Source of the DNA: Patescibacteria group bacterium
Lineage (GTDB): Bacteria; Patescibacteriota; Patescibacteriia; 2-12-FULL-60-25
Length of the DNA: 32,888 bases
Direction of reading: 5' to 3'
Assembly: GCA_018061485.1 (NCBI GenBank)
Contig: JAGOUA010000002.1
Span: 1-32,888 of the forward strand
Below the pieces are notes generated by a model. It worked only from the letters and a program-made list of their open reading frames with translations, made no database searches and was not told where the DNA came from. The position numbers were made by a program, and so were the translations under genes. Shown in pieces: positions 1 through 8,273 of this stretch (position 1 is its first letter; each line of letters opens with the position of its first letter).

Positions 1-950
1 GGATATAAGCCTTCATTATCCTGAAGGAAAATTGTACCATCGGCTTTATAGGTGATTGTTTTGGTTGAAGCATCAATGTTTCCAATTGCACCAACCGAAC
101 CGCCACCCAATCCACCATTTGCCGATATAGAGCCAGATCCACTGATGGCGGCCGCCGTAATAACAACCGTTCCACCAGATCCCCCTCCAGCGCCGTTAAG
201 GTGACCCAGGTCAGCAGGCGAGCCGTTATTGCCATTCGCACTAATAGAACCACTCACCTCTAAGACGCCTAGAGACCTCAATACGATCCTGCCACCACCA
301 GCCCCTCCATACGAATACAAATAATACCCTTGACCCCCACCAGACCCAAGCAACGTAGGATTGAGACCATCTCCATAAACAGCCGTCACCGCCACACCTC
401 CTCCCGGAGCGGCTCCGCTAGTGCCTCCGTAAGCACCTCCGCTTCCACCCCCTCCGGCACCGCCTCCGCTCTTACCAGCTCCGCTCGCGCCATAGGTGCA
501 AGCACCTGTTGTCAGCGATGGCCCGTACCCTTGCAAGGTCTCACCGAGAGATCCAAAACACCCTTTTCCGTTGGCGCTTAAGGCGCCTACAACAGTAATA
601 TTCCTCGCAGTAATCTTCAATCCATTAGCATCAGCTGCCGTGTGCGTGGTTGTCGCGTTCGCCTCTACCACAAAATCATCAGCCGCGCCCAAAATCATTT
701 CACTACTTGTCCCCATTGTCATCGTATACCCTGTTTTGACGGTCACCGTTCCGCCGCCAAGATCAACCGTTCCAATCCAGGTCGTACTCACGTTTCCCTC
801 AATGTTAATAGACGTACACGCATTGTCGGTAACATACGTTTGATTCACCACCGTATCGGTGCTAATACTACAAACAGCCGCTTGGACCGAGCTTGGCAAC
901 CAAAATGATCCAAGGATAAGAAAAACGAAGAGCAAAAGAAAACGTCTCAT
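1..950 (-). CDS. secreted glycine-rich repeat (beta-helix-like) protein; 3' end runs off the window
   Basis: Absent from the ORF track because no stop lies inside the window. I checked every minus-strand codon from ATG (950-948) down to nt 3 and found no in-frame TTA/CTA/TCA on the plus strand. Translation begins MRRFLLLFVFLILGSFWLPSSVQA/AVCS (signal-peptide-like). Gly-rich repeats follow, e.g. GAGKSGGGAGGGGSGGAYGG, GGAGGGRIVLRS, SANGNNGS...GAGGGSGGTVVITA, SANGGLGGGS. The plus-strand ORFs 330-908 are its shadows. Confidence 0.75.
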   Translation of the reverse strand, partial: MRRFLLLFVFLILGSFWLPSSVQAAVCSISTDTVVNQTYVTDNACTSINIEGNVSTTWIGTVDLGGGTVTVKTGYTMTMGTSSEMILGAADDFVVEANATTTHTAADANGLKITARNITVVGALSANGKGCFGSLGETLQGYGPSLTTGACTYGASGAGKSGGGAGGGGSGGAYGGTSGAAPGGGVAVTAVYGDGLNPTLLGSGGGQGYYLYSYGGAGGGRIVLRSLGVLEVSGSISANGNNGSPADLGHLNGAGGGSGGTVVITAAAISGSGSISANGGLGGGSVGAIGNIDASTKTITYKADGTIFLQDNEGLY

Positions 951-1067
951 AGAGACAGTATACCATAAAAAAACACCGCTCGCATCAAGCAAGAATTCCG
1001 CAAAATTAGATACCTGAACAATACAAACCCCTCAAACACAAAACCCGCAAGATTGGATGCTCTGTGA

Positions 1068-1151
1068 TGAGCTGGAGCGAAAAAGAACCGGAGGCGTACG
1101 CATTAGTACGGTGAGGATCTTTTTCGCGAAGCTCGCGCAGAGCGCCAATAT
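1068..1151. repeat. copy A of an ~85-bp hairpin-forming intergenic element (downstream of HU)
   Basis: Aligns with 1511-1595 at about 75% identity in the same orientation. Outer stem GCGAAAAAG (1077-1085) pairs with CTTTTTCGC (1119-1127). Inner stem CGTAC/GTACG surrounds a 6-nt loop. Confidence 0.7.
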
Positions 1152-1164
1152 CGCGGGTTTACTC

Positions 1165-1446
1165 TTACAAGAGAGCTTCTTTTGCTGCCTTTGCTACGCG
1201 GAACTTCACGACCGTCTTCGCAGGAATCTTGATCTCTGCACCCGTTGCTGGGTTGCGACCCATGCGAGCAGCACGCTTGACCTTCACGAGCTTACCGAGT
1301 CCAGGAAAGGTGAACTCGCCATTCTTTTTGACCTGCGCGTAGGCGGTCTTGGTGATAAGATCGATCATCGCCATCACTTCTTTTTTGGTGTGGCCAGACT
1401 TGGCAGCCAACTCGGTCATGAGTTGGGACTTGGTCATTTTGGACAT
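1165..1446 (-). CDS. hup: HU/IHF-family DNA-binding protein
   Basis: 93 aa. MSKMTKSQLMTELA...FPGLGKLVKVKRAARMGRNPATGAEIKIPAKTVVKFR is a typical HU fold signature, including the RNPxTGE arm. Confidence 0.95.
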   Translation of the reverse strand: MSKMTKSQLMTELAAKSGHTKKEVMAMIDLITKTAYAQVKKNGEFTFPGLGKLVKVKRAARMGRNPATGAEIKIPAKTVVKFRVAKAAKEALL

Positions 1447-1510
1447 AGGTGCGGAAACCCAGGGATAAACAGGTTAGTAAGGAGAACGTTCAGATTTGAG
1501 TGGGATACGC

Positions 1511-1595
1511 TGAGCTGGACCGAGAAAGACTCGCAAACGTACATCGAGGTACGTTGAGAATCTTTCTCGGGAAGCTCTCGTAGCTCGCCAAATAT
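1511..1595. repeat. copy B of the ~85-bp hairpin-forming intergenic element (upstream of HU)
   Basis: Outer stem CCGAGAAAG (1520-1528) pairs with CTTTCTCGG (1562-1570). Inner stem CGTAC/GTACG is present. The loop ATCGAG is unrelated to the copy A loop. Confidence 0.7.
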
Positions 1596-1685
1596 GAGCG
1601 TTCTTGAGAGTAAAAATGGGTTTGCGAGGTTCAGTATGCACACCGCGTAAGAGATACGCAAGAGCATCAAGCGCTTTTTTGCTCG

Positions 1686-2420
1686 CTATTGTTGCATTTT
1701 CGCGACACGATCAATCATTTGTGCTTGATTTACCAGAACTTTTAGCAAGGGAACATCTACTTCTGAGATATATTGCTTAGGAAGAATCAATAAAAGATAC
1801 GCCTTGGTGTCGGGAGTGTAGGCATCGGAAGGAACCGCGAGCACATCGAGACCTTCATCCGTAGCAAGAAACGCATGCGACACTTTTTGCTCATCAAGAG
1901 CCCGCAACTCTCTATTCGCTATATGGAATACTTGCTTCTCGCGAGAATCTACCTGAATCTCTTGCACGGTACGCAGCGAGGCGCGATCCAACATGCGCAA
2001 CAACCCAGACTCGGCGCCCGTTGCCGCCAGCGCTCCTTGCACAACTCCTTGCAATAGCTCTTTTGGGAGCTGCTTTTTGTCTAAAAAATGGGCGGAGGCC
2101 TCATTTGCCAACCGCTTAATTAACTCCATCTTGCGATTTACAGAACCAATGTAGGTATAGGAGTCGAGCAGCTCCGCTTTGATACGCTCTACATCACCTT
2201 CGATAACCTTTGCCTCTTTTTCACGATTCTCCATGAGGCGCTCGTAAAAGGTAAACGTGAGGATACCCGCGAGACCAAACAGGAAAATCGTGATCTGTTC
2301 GAGCATTTCTTCGCTTAAACCAAAGGATCCCTGCGTGTAAAGCGAAGGAGAAATCACCGCCAGAACAAAGAACGCTAGGTATAAAAGCGAAATCCACTCC
2401 AAGCGATGCGTCTTCTCCAT
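1686..2420 (-). CDS. hypothetical membrane protein (two N-terminal TM helices, coiled-coil linker, soluble C-terminal domain)
   Basis: 244-aa ORF with hydrophobic stretches WISLLYLAFFVLAVISPSLY and ITIFLFGLAGILTFTFY, then a charged helix NREKEAKVIEGDVERIKAEL. I recognise no family. It is tightly packed 8 nt downstream of mnmA. Confidence 0.65.
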   Translation of the reverse strand: MEKTHRLEWISLLYLAFFVLAVISPSLYTQGSFGLSEEMLEQITIFLFGLAGILTFTFYERLMENREKEAKVIEGDVERIKAELLDSYTYIGSVNRKMELIKRLANEASAHFLDKKQLPKELLQGVVQGALAATGAESGLLRMLDRASLRTVQEIQVDSREKQVFHIANRELRALDEQKVSHAFLATDEGLDVLAVPSDAYTPDTKAYLLLILPKQYISEVDVPLLKVLVNQAQMIDRVAKMQQ

Positions 2421-2428
2421 ATTGCCTG

Positions 2429-3532
2429 CTAGCGTAGCGTATCTTCGGCTAAAATACCACCACCGAGACAGTACCCCCCTTGATACACCGCCGCCGATTG
2501 ACCCGCCGCCGGAGCCCAGACCGGCTCCGCCAATACACCTCGATACATCCCGTCACGAATCCGCTCCAGTCTCGCGGGCACTGCTCGTTGACGGTAGCGG
2601 ATCATCACCTCGCCCTCGATCACCTCAGCCTCTTCTGCGGAAGCATCTAGCCAATGCATCTCCTCGATCACGATCTCGCGCCGGAATAAAAGCGGGTGAT
2701 CCGCCTCAGGAACCATCACCAACGCATTCCGTGCACGATCTTTTTGCGCTACGTACCATGCCCTTTGCCCTACTGATACATGCAGCCCATGGCGCTGCCC
2801 AATGGTATACGCATCGATACCGTCGTGCGTACCGATCGTGCTGCCCTCCTCGTCCAGAATAGGCCCCGGAACCGGAGGAAGACGCTTGCGCAAAAACTCA
2901 TGAAAATCGAGCTTGCCCACAAAACAAATCCCCTGACTGTCTGGCTTACGCGCGACAGAAAGACCAAACTCCTCGGCAAGCACACGAACATCAGCCTTCT
3001 CGAATCCACCAACAGGAAACAGGGTGCGCTGCAATGCCTCGCGAGACATGCGCTGCAAAAAATACGTTTGATCTTTTTGCGCATCAACCGCTTTTGCAAG
3101 ATGGACGCCATTCGCATCACGAACGCTTTGGGCATAATGCCCTGTCGCAACCCCATCAAACCCAGCACGCATCGCCGCTTCGTAAAACAATCCAAACTTG
3201 ATTTCTTGATTGCACAAAATATCCGGATTGGGCGTTCGTCCGGCTTGGTATTCCCGAAACATCCGATCAAGCACGCGCGCTCGATACTCCTCCTCAAAAT
3301 CAAAGGTGAGAAGCGAAATCCCAAGCTTTGCCGCAACGCGCAACGCATCACGACGCTCAGCCTTCCATTGGCACTCCCCCGTCCAAAGATCCTTGCTATC
3401 CGACCAGTTTTTGATGAATCCCCCCACCACTTGATACCCCTGCTTGAGGAGCAAGGCTGCCGCAACGCTCGAATCCACCCCTCCCGACATCCCCACTAAA
3501 ATCTTACTCCCCACCGGAAGAACCGCGCTCAT
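2429..3532 (-). CDS. mnmA: tRNA-specific 2-thiouridylase MnmA
   Basis: PP-loop GMSGGVDSSVAA, the later motifs ATGHYA and QTYFL, and a length of 367 aa. Its ATG overlaps the rlmN stop (ATGA). Confidence 0.95.
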   Translation of the reverse strand: MSAVLPVGSKILVGMSGGVDSSVAAALLLKQGYQVVGGFIKNWSDSKDLWTGECQWKAERRDALRVAAKLGISLLTFDFEEEYRARVLDRMFREYQAGRTPNPDILCNQEIKFGLFYEAAMRAGFDGVATGHYAQSVRDANGVHLAKAVDAQKDQTYFLQRMSREALQRTLFPVGGFEKADVRVLAEEFGLSVARKPDSQGICFVGKLDFHEFLRKRLPPVPGPILDEEGSTIGTHDGIDAYTIGQRHGLHVSVGQRAWYVAQKDRARNALVMVPEADHPLLFRREIVIEEMHWLDASAEEAEVIEGEVMIRYRQRAVPARLERIRDGMYRGVLAEPVWAPAAGQSAAVYQGGYCLGGGILAEDTLR

Positions 3533-4614
3533 ACACCAGCTGGTTGGCGTTTTTTTGCCTTACTCGCCTGAATCGCGGCCTGTCCTTGAAGCAGCGCGTC
3601 ACCCTCTTGCACGGCGAGCTGCCCACAGGCGGCATCGATATCTTCACCAAACGTAATGCGATGCGTCGCTGGAATGCCGAGCTCGTGCAGCTCTTGCAAA
3701 AAGGCGTGGCGACGATCTTTCGGAGTTCCTTCAAACGCTTGCGTATTGTGATATTTGATCAAATTGATATGCACCAAGCGCAGATTATTCCCAAAGAGTC
3801 TCTTGATCGCGCGAGCATCTTCTGGGCGATCATTCACCCCAGAAAGCAAGAGGTATTCAAACATCACCTTACGATTCGTCTTCTCCATATAGATGCGCAC
3901 CGCGTCCATCAGTTTGGCAAGCGGATACGCTTTGTTTACGGGCATGATCTTGGAGCGGACCTCATCGATTGCTGAGTGCAAAGAGATCGCCAAATTCACC
4001 TGAAATTGCTCATCCGCCAACCGCAAAATACCTGGAACAATACCACAGGTCGACACACTCATATGACGAGCACCGATATTCATTCCATGCGGGTCATTTA
4101 AGAGACGTAATGCGCCGATCGCCTCGTCGTAATTATGCAACGGCTCACCCATGCCCATAAGCACAACATTTGTGACGCGATCATCACGTTCGCGAAGTAA
4201 ACGCGCATAATACAGTACCTGCTCCGCGATTTCGTCACGCGTCAGATTGCGCGTCAACCCCATGGTGCCCGTGGCGCAAAACGCACACGCCATCGCGCAG
4301 CCAACCTGCGACGATACACACACGGTGTTACGCTCATCTTGATGCTGCATGAGTACCGCTTCGATCTTTTTCCCATCCGCGCACGCGAGCAGCGCCTTGA
4401 TGGTTTCGCCCTGATCTCCTTCTTGCTGACGAACGAGTGTGAGCGCATCCCAAGGAATCTGTTCTGCTAGTTCTGCGCGCAGGCCTTTTGAAAGAGTGGT
4501 GACTTCCTCCCACGAACGACGCTGATCCACGTAAAAAGCCCGCTTCAACTGCTGTAAGCGGTACATCGGCTCATTCCGTTCACGGAAGAGCTTTTCAACG
4601 TCGAGAAAACGCAT
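3529..4614 (-). CDS. rlmN: 23S rRNA/tRNA (adenine-C2)-methyltransferase RlmN (radical SAM)
   Basis: Radical-SAM cluster CAMACAFCATG, then GMGEPLHN and a C-terminal DIDAACGQL. I placed the start at MRFLDVEKLF (ATG 4614). The ORF-track start at 4683 would overlap the upstream gene by 89 nt. Confidence 0.92.
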   Translation of the reverse strand: MRFLDVEKLFRERNEPMYRLQQLKRAFYVDQRRSWEEVTTLSKGLRAELAEQIPWDALTLVRQQEGDQGETIKALLACADGKKIEAVLMQHQDERNTVCVSSQVGCAMACAFCATGTMGLTRNLTRDEIAEQVLYYARLLRERDDRVTNVVLMGMGEPLHNYDEAIGALRLLNDPHGMNIGARHMSVSTCGIVPGILRLADEQFQVNLAISLHSAIDEVRSKIMPVNKAYPLAKLMDAVRIYMEKTNRKVMFEYLLLSGVNDRPEDARAIKRLFGNNLRLVHINLIKYHNTQAFEGTPKDRRHAFLQELHELGIPATHRITFGEDIDAACGQLAVQEGDALLQGQAAIQASKAKKRQPAGV

Positions 4615-5572
4615 GGGAAGACCAGGTAGCCTGAGCAAGGGCCTTTGCCGCCGCCTGTGAGCGCTCCTTTGTGGGGGCGCCAAACACGACTACCAAGACA
4701 TCTTTGCCATTTATGGGCGTTCCGTCAACATTTGTGGGACGCATCCATGCGACAAAACTATGCCCCGCTTCAGGCAAATACCCCGTTTTTCCAGCGATAA
4801 CCCATACATCTGGGTCGGTTTTAAGGAGGTCATTCGTACTCGAAATCACCCGATTGTGCGGCTTAGGCGACACGACCTTCACTGTATGCATAGCGGTACT
4901 TGCCGCTTTTTGAAGCGGTCGAAAGGCGAAAGCAGCATCGCTTAAATAAGCCATCTCTTTTGCCGTAGACCTATTCTCCGGACTCATTCCTGACGCGTCT
5001 ACAAAGGTCGTATGCTTGAGTTTGAGACGCTTTGCCTGCGCGTTCATGGCGCGAGTGTACTGCGCTGGAGACATGCCCAAGTTACGAGCTAGTGCCATCG
5101 CCGCGTTGTTAGCACTCGCGGTGATACTGGCATACCACAGATCTTCAAACGTAATGCGCGTACCGCTATTCACACGCAAACGCCCTCCGCCCACCTCATC
5201 CTTCGACGAAAGACTCACAACGCGCTTCCACGGAACCGTCTTTTGTCCCGCCCAAAGCATCGCTGAAGCGAGTTTTGTAAGGCTTGCTACCGACCACGAA
5301 GCGTCGGCGTTGTACGCATACAGCTCGCGACGGGTTTTTGGCGTCATGACATAGGCTGACGTAATGCCGAACGGCACGGGGTCAAACACCACCCCAACAG
5401 ACGACGTCGCAACCACAGTCGGAACCGTCGAAGAGACGCTCGCGACAGGCGTGGACACGGTTGTGCTCACCGTTGTAGGAAGAGCGCTCGTGCTCGTGGC
5501 TGCGCGCACCATCGAGAGTGGCCACGCCCCCAGCAGAACGATTAGTATGGCAAGCGCGATTCGTTTTGGCAT
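4595..5572 (-). CDS. serine-type D-Ala-D-Ala carboxypeptidase (peptidase S11, PBP5/6-like)
   Basis: Signal peptide MPKRIALAILIVLLGAWPLSMVRA, the SxxK motif SLTK and the KTG motif KTGY. The ORF-track start at 5593 is a GTG; the ATG at 5572 gives a canonical signal peptide. Confidence 0.88.
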   Translation of the reverse strand: MPKRIALAILIVLLGAWPLSMVRAATSTSALPTTVSTTVSTPVASVSSTVPTVVATSSVGVVFDPVPFGITSAYVMTPKTRRELYAYNADASWSVASLTKLASAMLWAGQKTVPWKRVVSLSSKDEVGGGRLRVNSGTRITFEDLWYASITASANNAAMALARNLGMSPAQYTRAMNAQAKRLKLKHTTFVDASGMSPENRSTAKEMAYLSDAAFAFRPLQKAASTAMHTVKVVSPKPHNRVISSTNDLLKTDPDVWVIAGKTGYLPEAGHSFVAWMRPTNVDGTPINGKDVLVVVFGAPTKERSQAAAKALAQATWSSHAFSRR

Positions 5573-5614
5573 AGAAAAAGAAGAAAAATACACCTCAAAC
5601 CGTATAAGACTCTA

Positions 5615-6214
5615 CTAGCGCTGAATGATGACTGGTGTACCGATGGGCGACCACTCATACAACCGCTTCGCTACACCCACTCCGACACGAATACAGCCAC
5701 CGCTCACCGGCGTACCGAGATGCGACTCCCCTTCTTTTTTCCCTCCCGGCCATTCAGGCAGCTCATGGATGCCATAGACCGTCCCTTTAAACGCCATCCA
5801 GTTCGGCATCCAGAGCTTCGCGCGATTTGACCACGCGCGAGGATGTTTCGAGAGGACGGTAAAGGTTCCCACAGGTGTCGGCGTAGAGGCTTTTCCTGAC
5901 GAGATGCGATGCTCTTCGATCACTACCCCGCCCAACTCCTGCCGAAGCTTTTGCTCGGACAGATCTACCAACAGGCGCTTTGGGAGTTTTTTAGGCTCGG
6001 CAGAGACAGGTGAATACCCATTCGCTACCTCAAGACCGTCGCGAAACCCATCGCCATCGGTGTCAGGATTCTGGGAATCACTCCCAAACGCTCGTTCAAG
6101 CGCATCAGTCAGTCCGTCGCCATCCGCATCAGGAGCAGCGGCATGGATCGGCGAAGCGACGAGGAGAAGCCCCGCGCCAACGAGGAGAAGCACCCCTAAG
6201 ACGGAAGGGCGCAT
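5615..6214 (-). CDS. L,D-transpeptidase (YkuD domain) with N-terminal Asp-rich Ca-binding-type repeats
   Basis: Signal peptide MRPSVLGVLLLVGAGLLLVASPIHA. Thrombospondin-type-3-like repeats DADGDGLTD and DTDGDGFRDGLE. YkuD catalytic motif HELP...SHLGTPVSGGCIRV. Confidence 0.9.
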   Translation of the reverse strand: MRPSVLGVLLLVGAGLLLVASPIHAAAPDADGDGLTDALERAFGSDSQNPDTDGDGFRDGLEVANGYSPVSAEPKKLPKRLLVDLSEQKLRQELGGVVIEEHRISSGKASTPTPVGTFTVLSKHPRAWSNRAKLWMPNWMAFKGTVYGIHELPEWPGGKKEGESHLGTPVSGGCIRVGVGVAKRLYEWSPIGTPVIIQR

Positions 6215-6216
6215 AT

Positions 6217-8271
6217 CTAAAACTGGATCGTTTCCCCCGGCTGAATGACGCGCGAAGCGGTCGGCATTGCCTCGATCACTGGCTCTTGCGAAGCGGTTGG
6301 CGCTGACGAGCTTGCTGGCGGCGTTGACGGAACAGGATCTGGCGTTTTTTCTGGGCGAGGCACCTCTATGGGCGGAATCTGCAAACGCACTGGCGCCGAA
6401 GCTACCGGAGTAGAGGTATCGCGTCGGCTGGACGAGCGATCACCTCGAGAACGGTCTCGATCGCGATCTTGTCCAGAACGGGAGGACGCGTTCGAACGAG
6501 ATGCATCACGAGCGTCACGATCCTCACGAGGTTCTCGTGTCGCAAAACGAGCGGTCGTTGGCGATGACGAGGCCTTGGGCGCTTCCGCCGCTTTTTGCTC
6601 ACGAGCGACACGTTCTAATCGCAAAATCTCACGACATTCTGGATCGTAAATCGGCTTACTTGGATCTAATTGGACCGCCAGAGCAAACTCTTTTCCGCAA
6701 CGACCGCACACGTGCTTAAAGCTTGGCTTTTTCCGCATTTTTTCTGCTTCGCGGTTTGCCTTATTCGCTTCTTGAATGGCCGCTAATCGCTCGGGACGAA
6801 TAACGAGCTTTGGCGCCGCGGTGGACACGCGCTCCGTTGTATCGATACGCGCCTCGAGCTCTTCTTCGGTTTGAATAGCGGGATAGGCAACGGCTGCGCC
6901 TTCTCCCGTCACGGCCTCTGAAGAGGTGACGACGGGTTTTGAAGCACTTGGCGTTGCTGTATGCATCATTTCCATCCCCGCCCACTTGAGAATTTTTTGT
7001 TCGATTACGTGCCGAGGCTCTGCGTATCGCTCACGACTAACCTTTAAGACTTTTTCTTCGCTCTGCGTACGTTGTGCGATCGGCGGCAAGGTATTCGCGG
7101 AAAATGGCTGCGTAGAAACGCCATCCACCATCAACTTGAGATACATCTGGAACTTGGCGAGGTTTACCAAGTCTTCTGGCGTAAACGTGGGCGCAAACTC
7201 CGTTTCGAGCATTTCCGCGTCGGTCGGTCCTACGCGCATCGCAATCATCGTACCCACGTTTCCTAGCACAGCCGCTTGCACCTTCTCATCCAACTGCTCC
7301 ATGTATTGGTGCGCCACCACCAGATTCAGGCGATATTTGCGCGCTTCCGACAAGATCGTTGCGAAGGATTCGTTGGCAAAGTTTTGAAACTCGTCTACGT
7401 AGAGATAAAAATCTCGCCGCTCTTGCTCAGAAACGTTTTGCCGCTCTTGAGCGCAAAGCTGAATCTTGGTGACAATCATCCCTCCAAGAAGCCGCATCCC
7501 ATCTTCACCGACACGCCCCTTTGACAGGTTCACGATCAAAATCTTCCCCTCATCCATGATACGACGGATATCAATAGTGGATCGCACCTGCGCGACAATA
7601 TTACGAATGATACTCGACGAGAGAAACTGTCCCACCTTGTTTTGGACCGGCGCAATCGCTTCGGTCGCGTACTTTTCGGACCACGAGGTAAACTCTGCAA
7701 CCCAAAACGTCTTCACGACAGGGTCTTGAATCTTGTCTATAATCTTTTCGCGATACTCTTTATCGACGAGCAATCGGTTGATCCCCATGAGCGTCGCTCC
7801 TGGATAATCAAGTAGCGCGGACACACAGTTTTGGAGAATATACTCCATACGCGCACTCCACACGTCTGGCCAAATCTTTTTAAAGACGCCCATCAATCCA
7901 TCGCGTACCAAGTGTTTACGATCGTCTGACGGCGTTTCCAGAATATTAAACCCGAAGGGAAAAGCCGTATCTGCAGGATTAAAATACACGACATCGTTAA
8001 TACGATCCGACGGAATAAAGTCAATGAATTTTTCGGCTGTATCACCGTGTGGATCTATATAACAACACCCATGCCCCGCATACACATCGGACATGAACAT
8101 GTTTTCCATCAGCGTCGTTTTGCCCATGCCCGTTTTCCCGATGATATACATGTGCCGACGGCGGTCATCTGTGCGAATACCGAAACGCTTGCCGGTATTC
8201 CGAAAATTCACCTGTCCAAACAGAGTGATTTCGCGTTCGTGCTCGTGACCGTTTGGATAGATGACTGGCAT
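6217..8271 (-). CDS. soluble TraD/VirD4 (type IV coupling protein)/HerA-like P-loop ATPase with a Cys-knuckle and an RD/RS-rich disordered C-terminal tail
   Basis: Walker A GKTGMGKTT, Walker-B-like FYLYVDEFQNF, and downstream LVVAHQY. No TM segment. The C-terminal 165 aa contain HVCGRCGKEF...DPEC, REPREDRDARDASRSNASSRSGQDRDRDRSRGDRSSSRRD and a Pro-rich end. Confidence 0.85.
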   Translation of the reverse strand: MPVIYPNGHEHEREITLFGQVNFRNTGKRFGIRTDDRRRHMYIIGKTGMGKTTLMENMFMSDVYAGHGCCYIDPHGDTAEKFIDFIPSDRINDVVYFNPADTAFPFGFNILETPSDDRKHLVRDGLMGVFKKIWPDVWSARMEYILQNCVSALLDYPGATLMGINRLLVDKEYREKIIDKIQDPVVKTFWVAEFTSWSEKYATEAIAPVQNKVGQFLSSSIIRNIVAQVRSTIDIRRIMDEGKILIVNLSKGRVGEDGMRLLGGMIVTKIQLCAQERQNVSEQERRDFYLYVDEFQNFANESFATILSEARKYRLNLVVAHQYMEQLDEKVQAAVLGNVGTMIAMRVGPTDAEMLETEFAPTFTPEDLVNLAKFQMYLKLMVDGVSTQPFSANTLPPIAQRTQSEEKVLKVSRERYAEPRHVIEQKILKWAGMEMMHTATPSASKPVVTSSEAVTGEGAAVAYPAIQTEEELEARIDTTERVSTAAPKLVIRPERLAAIQEANKANREAEKMRKKPSFKHVCGRCGKEFALAVQLDPSKPIYDPECREILRLERVAREQKAAEAPKASSSPTTARFATREPREDRDARDASRSNASSRSGQDRDRDRSRGDRSSSRRDTSTPVASAPVRLQIPPIEVPRPEKTPDPVPSTPPASSSAPTASQEPVIEAMPTASRVIQPGETIQF

Positions 8272-8273
8272 AC

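Noticed and set aside
330-908. Plus-strand ORFs 330-581, 496-843 and 642-908
   Set aside because: They are shadows of the Gly-rich minus-strand gene (GGN codons read as Pro/Ala/Thr/Ser on the other strand). No start context or motifs.
1108-1140. Small hairpin CGCGA-agc-TCGCG after HU as an intrinsic terminator
   Set aside because: On the transcribed (minus) strand it is followed by an A-run, not a U-run. It is part of the larger repeated element and not a canonical terminator.
1057-1670. 166-aa plus-strand ORF (1057-1557) and 78-aa minus-strand ORF (1434-1670) around the HU gene
   Set aside because: The first is antisense to the well-supported HU gene. Both run through the repeated hairpin elements, and neither has recognisable features.
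6245-6649. 134-aa plus-strand ORF antisense to the ATPase tail
   Set aside because: It is a shadow of the GC-rich RD/RS-coding tract. It has no independent support.
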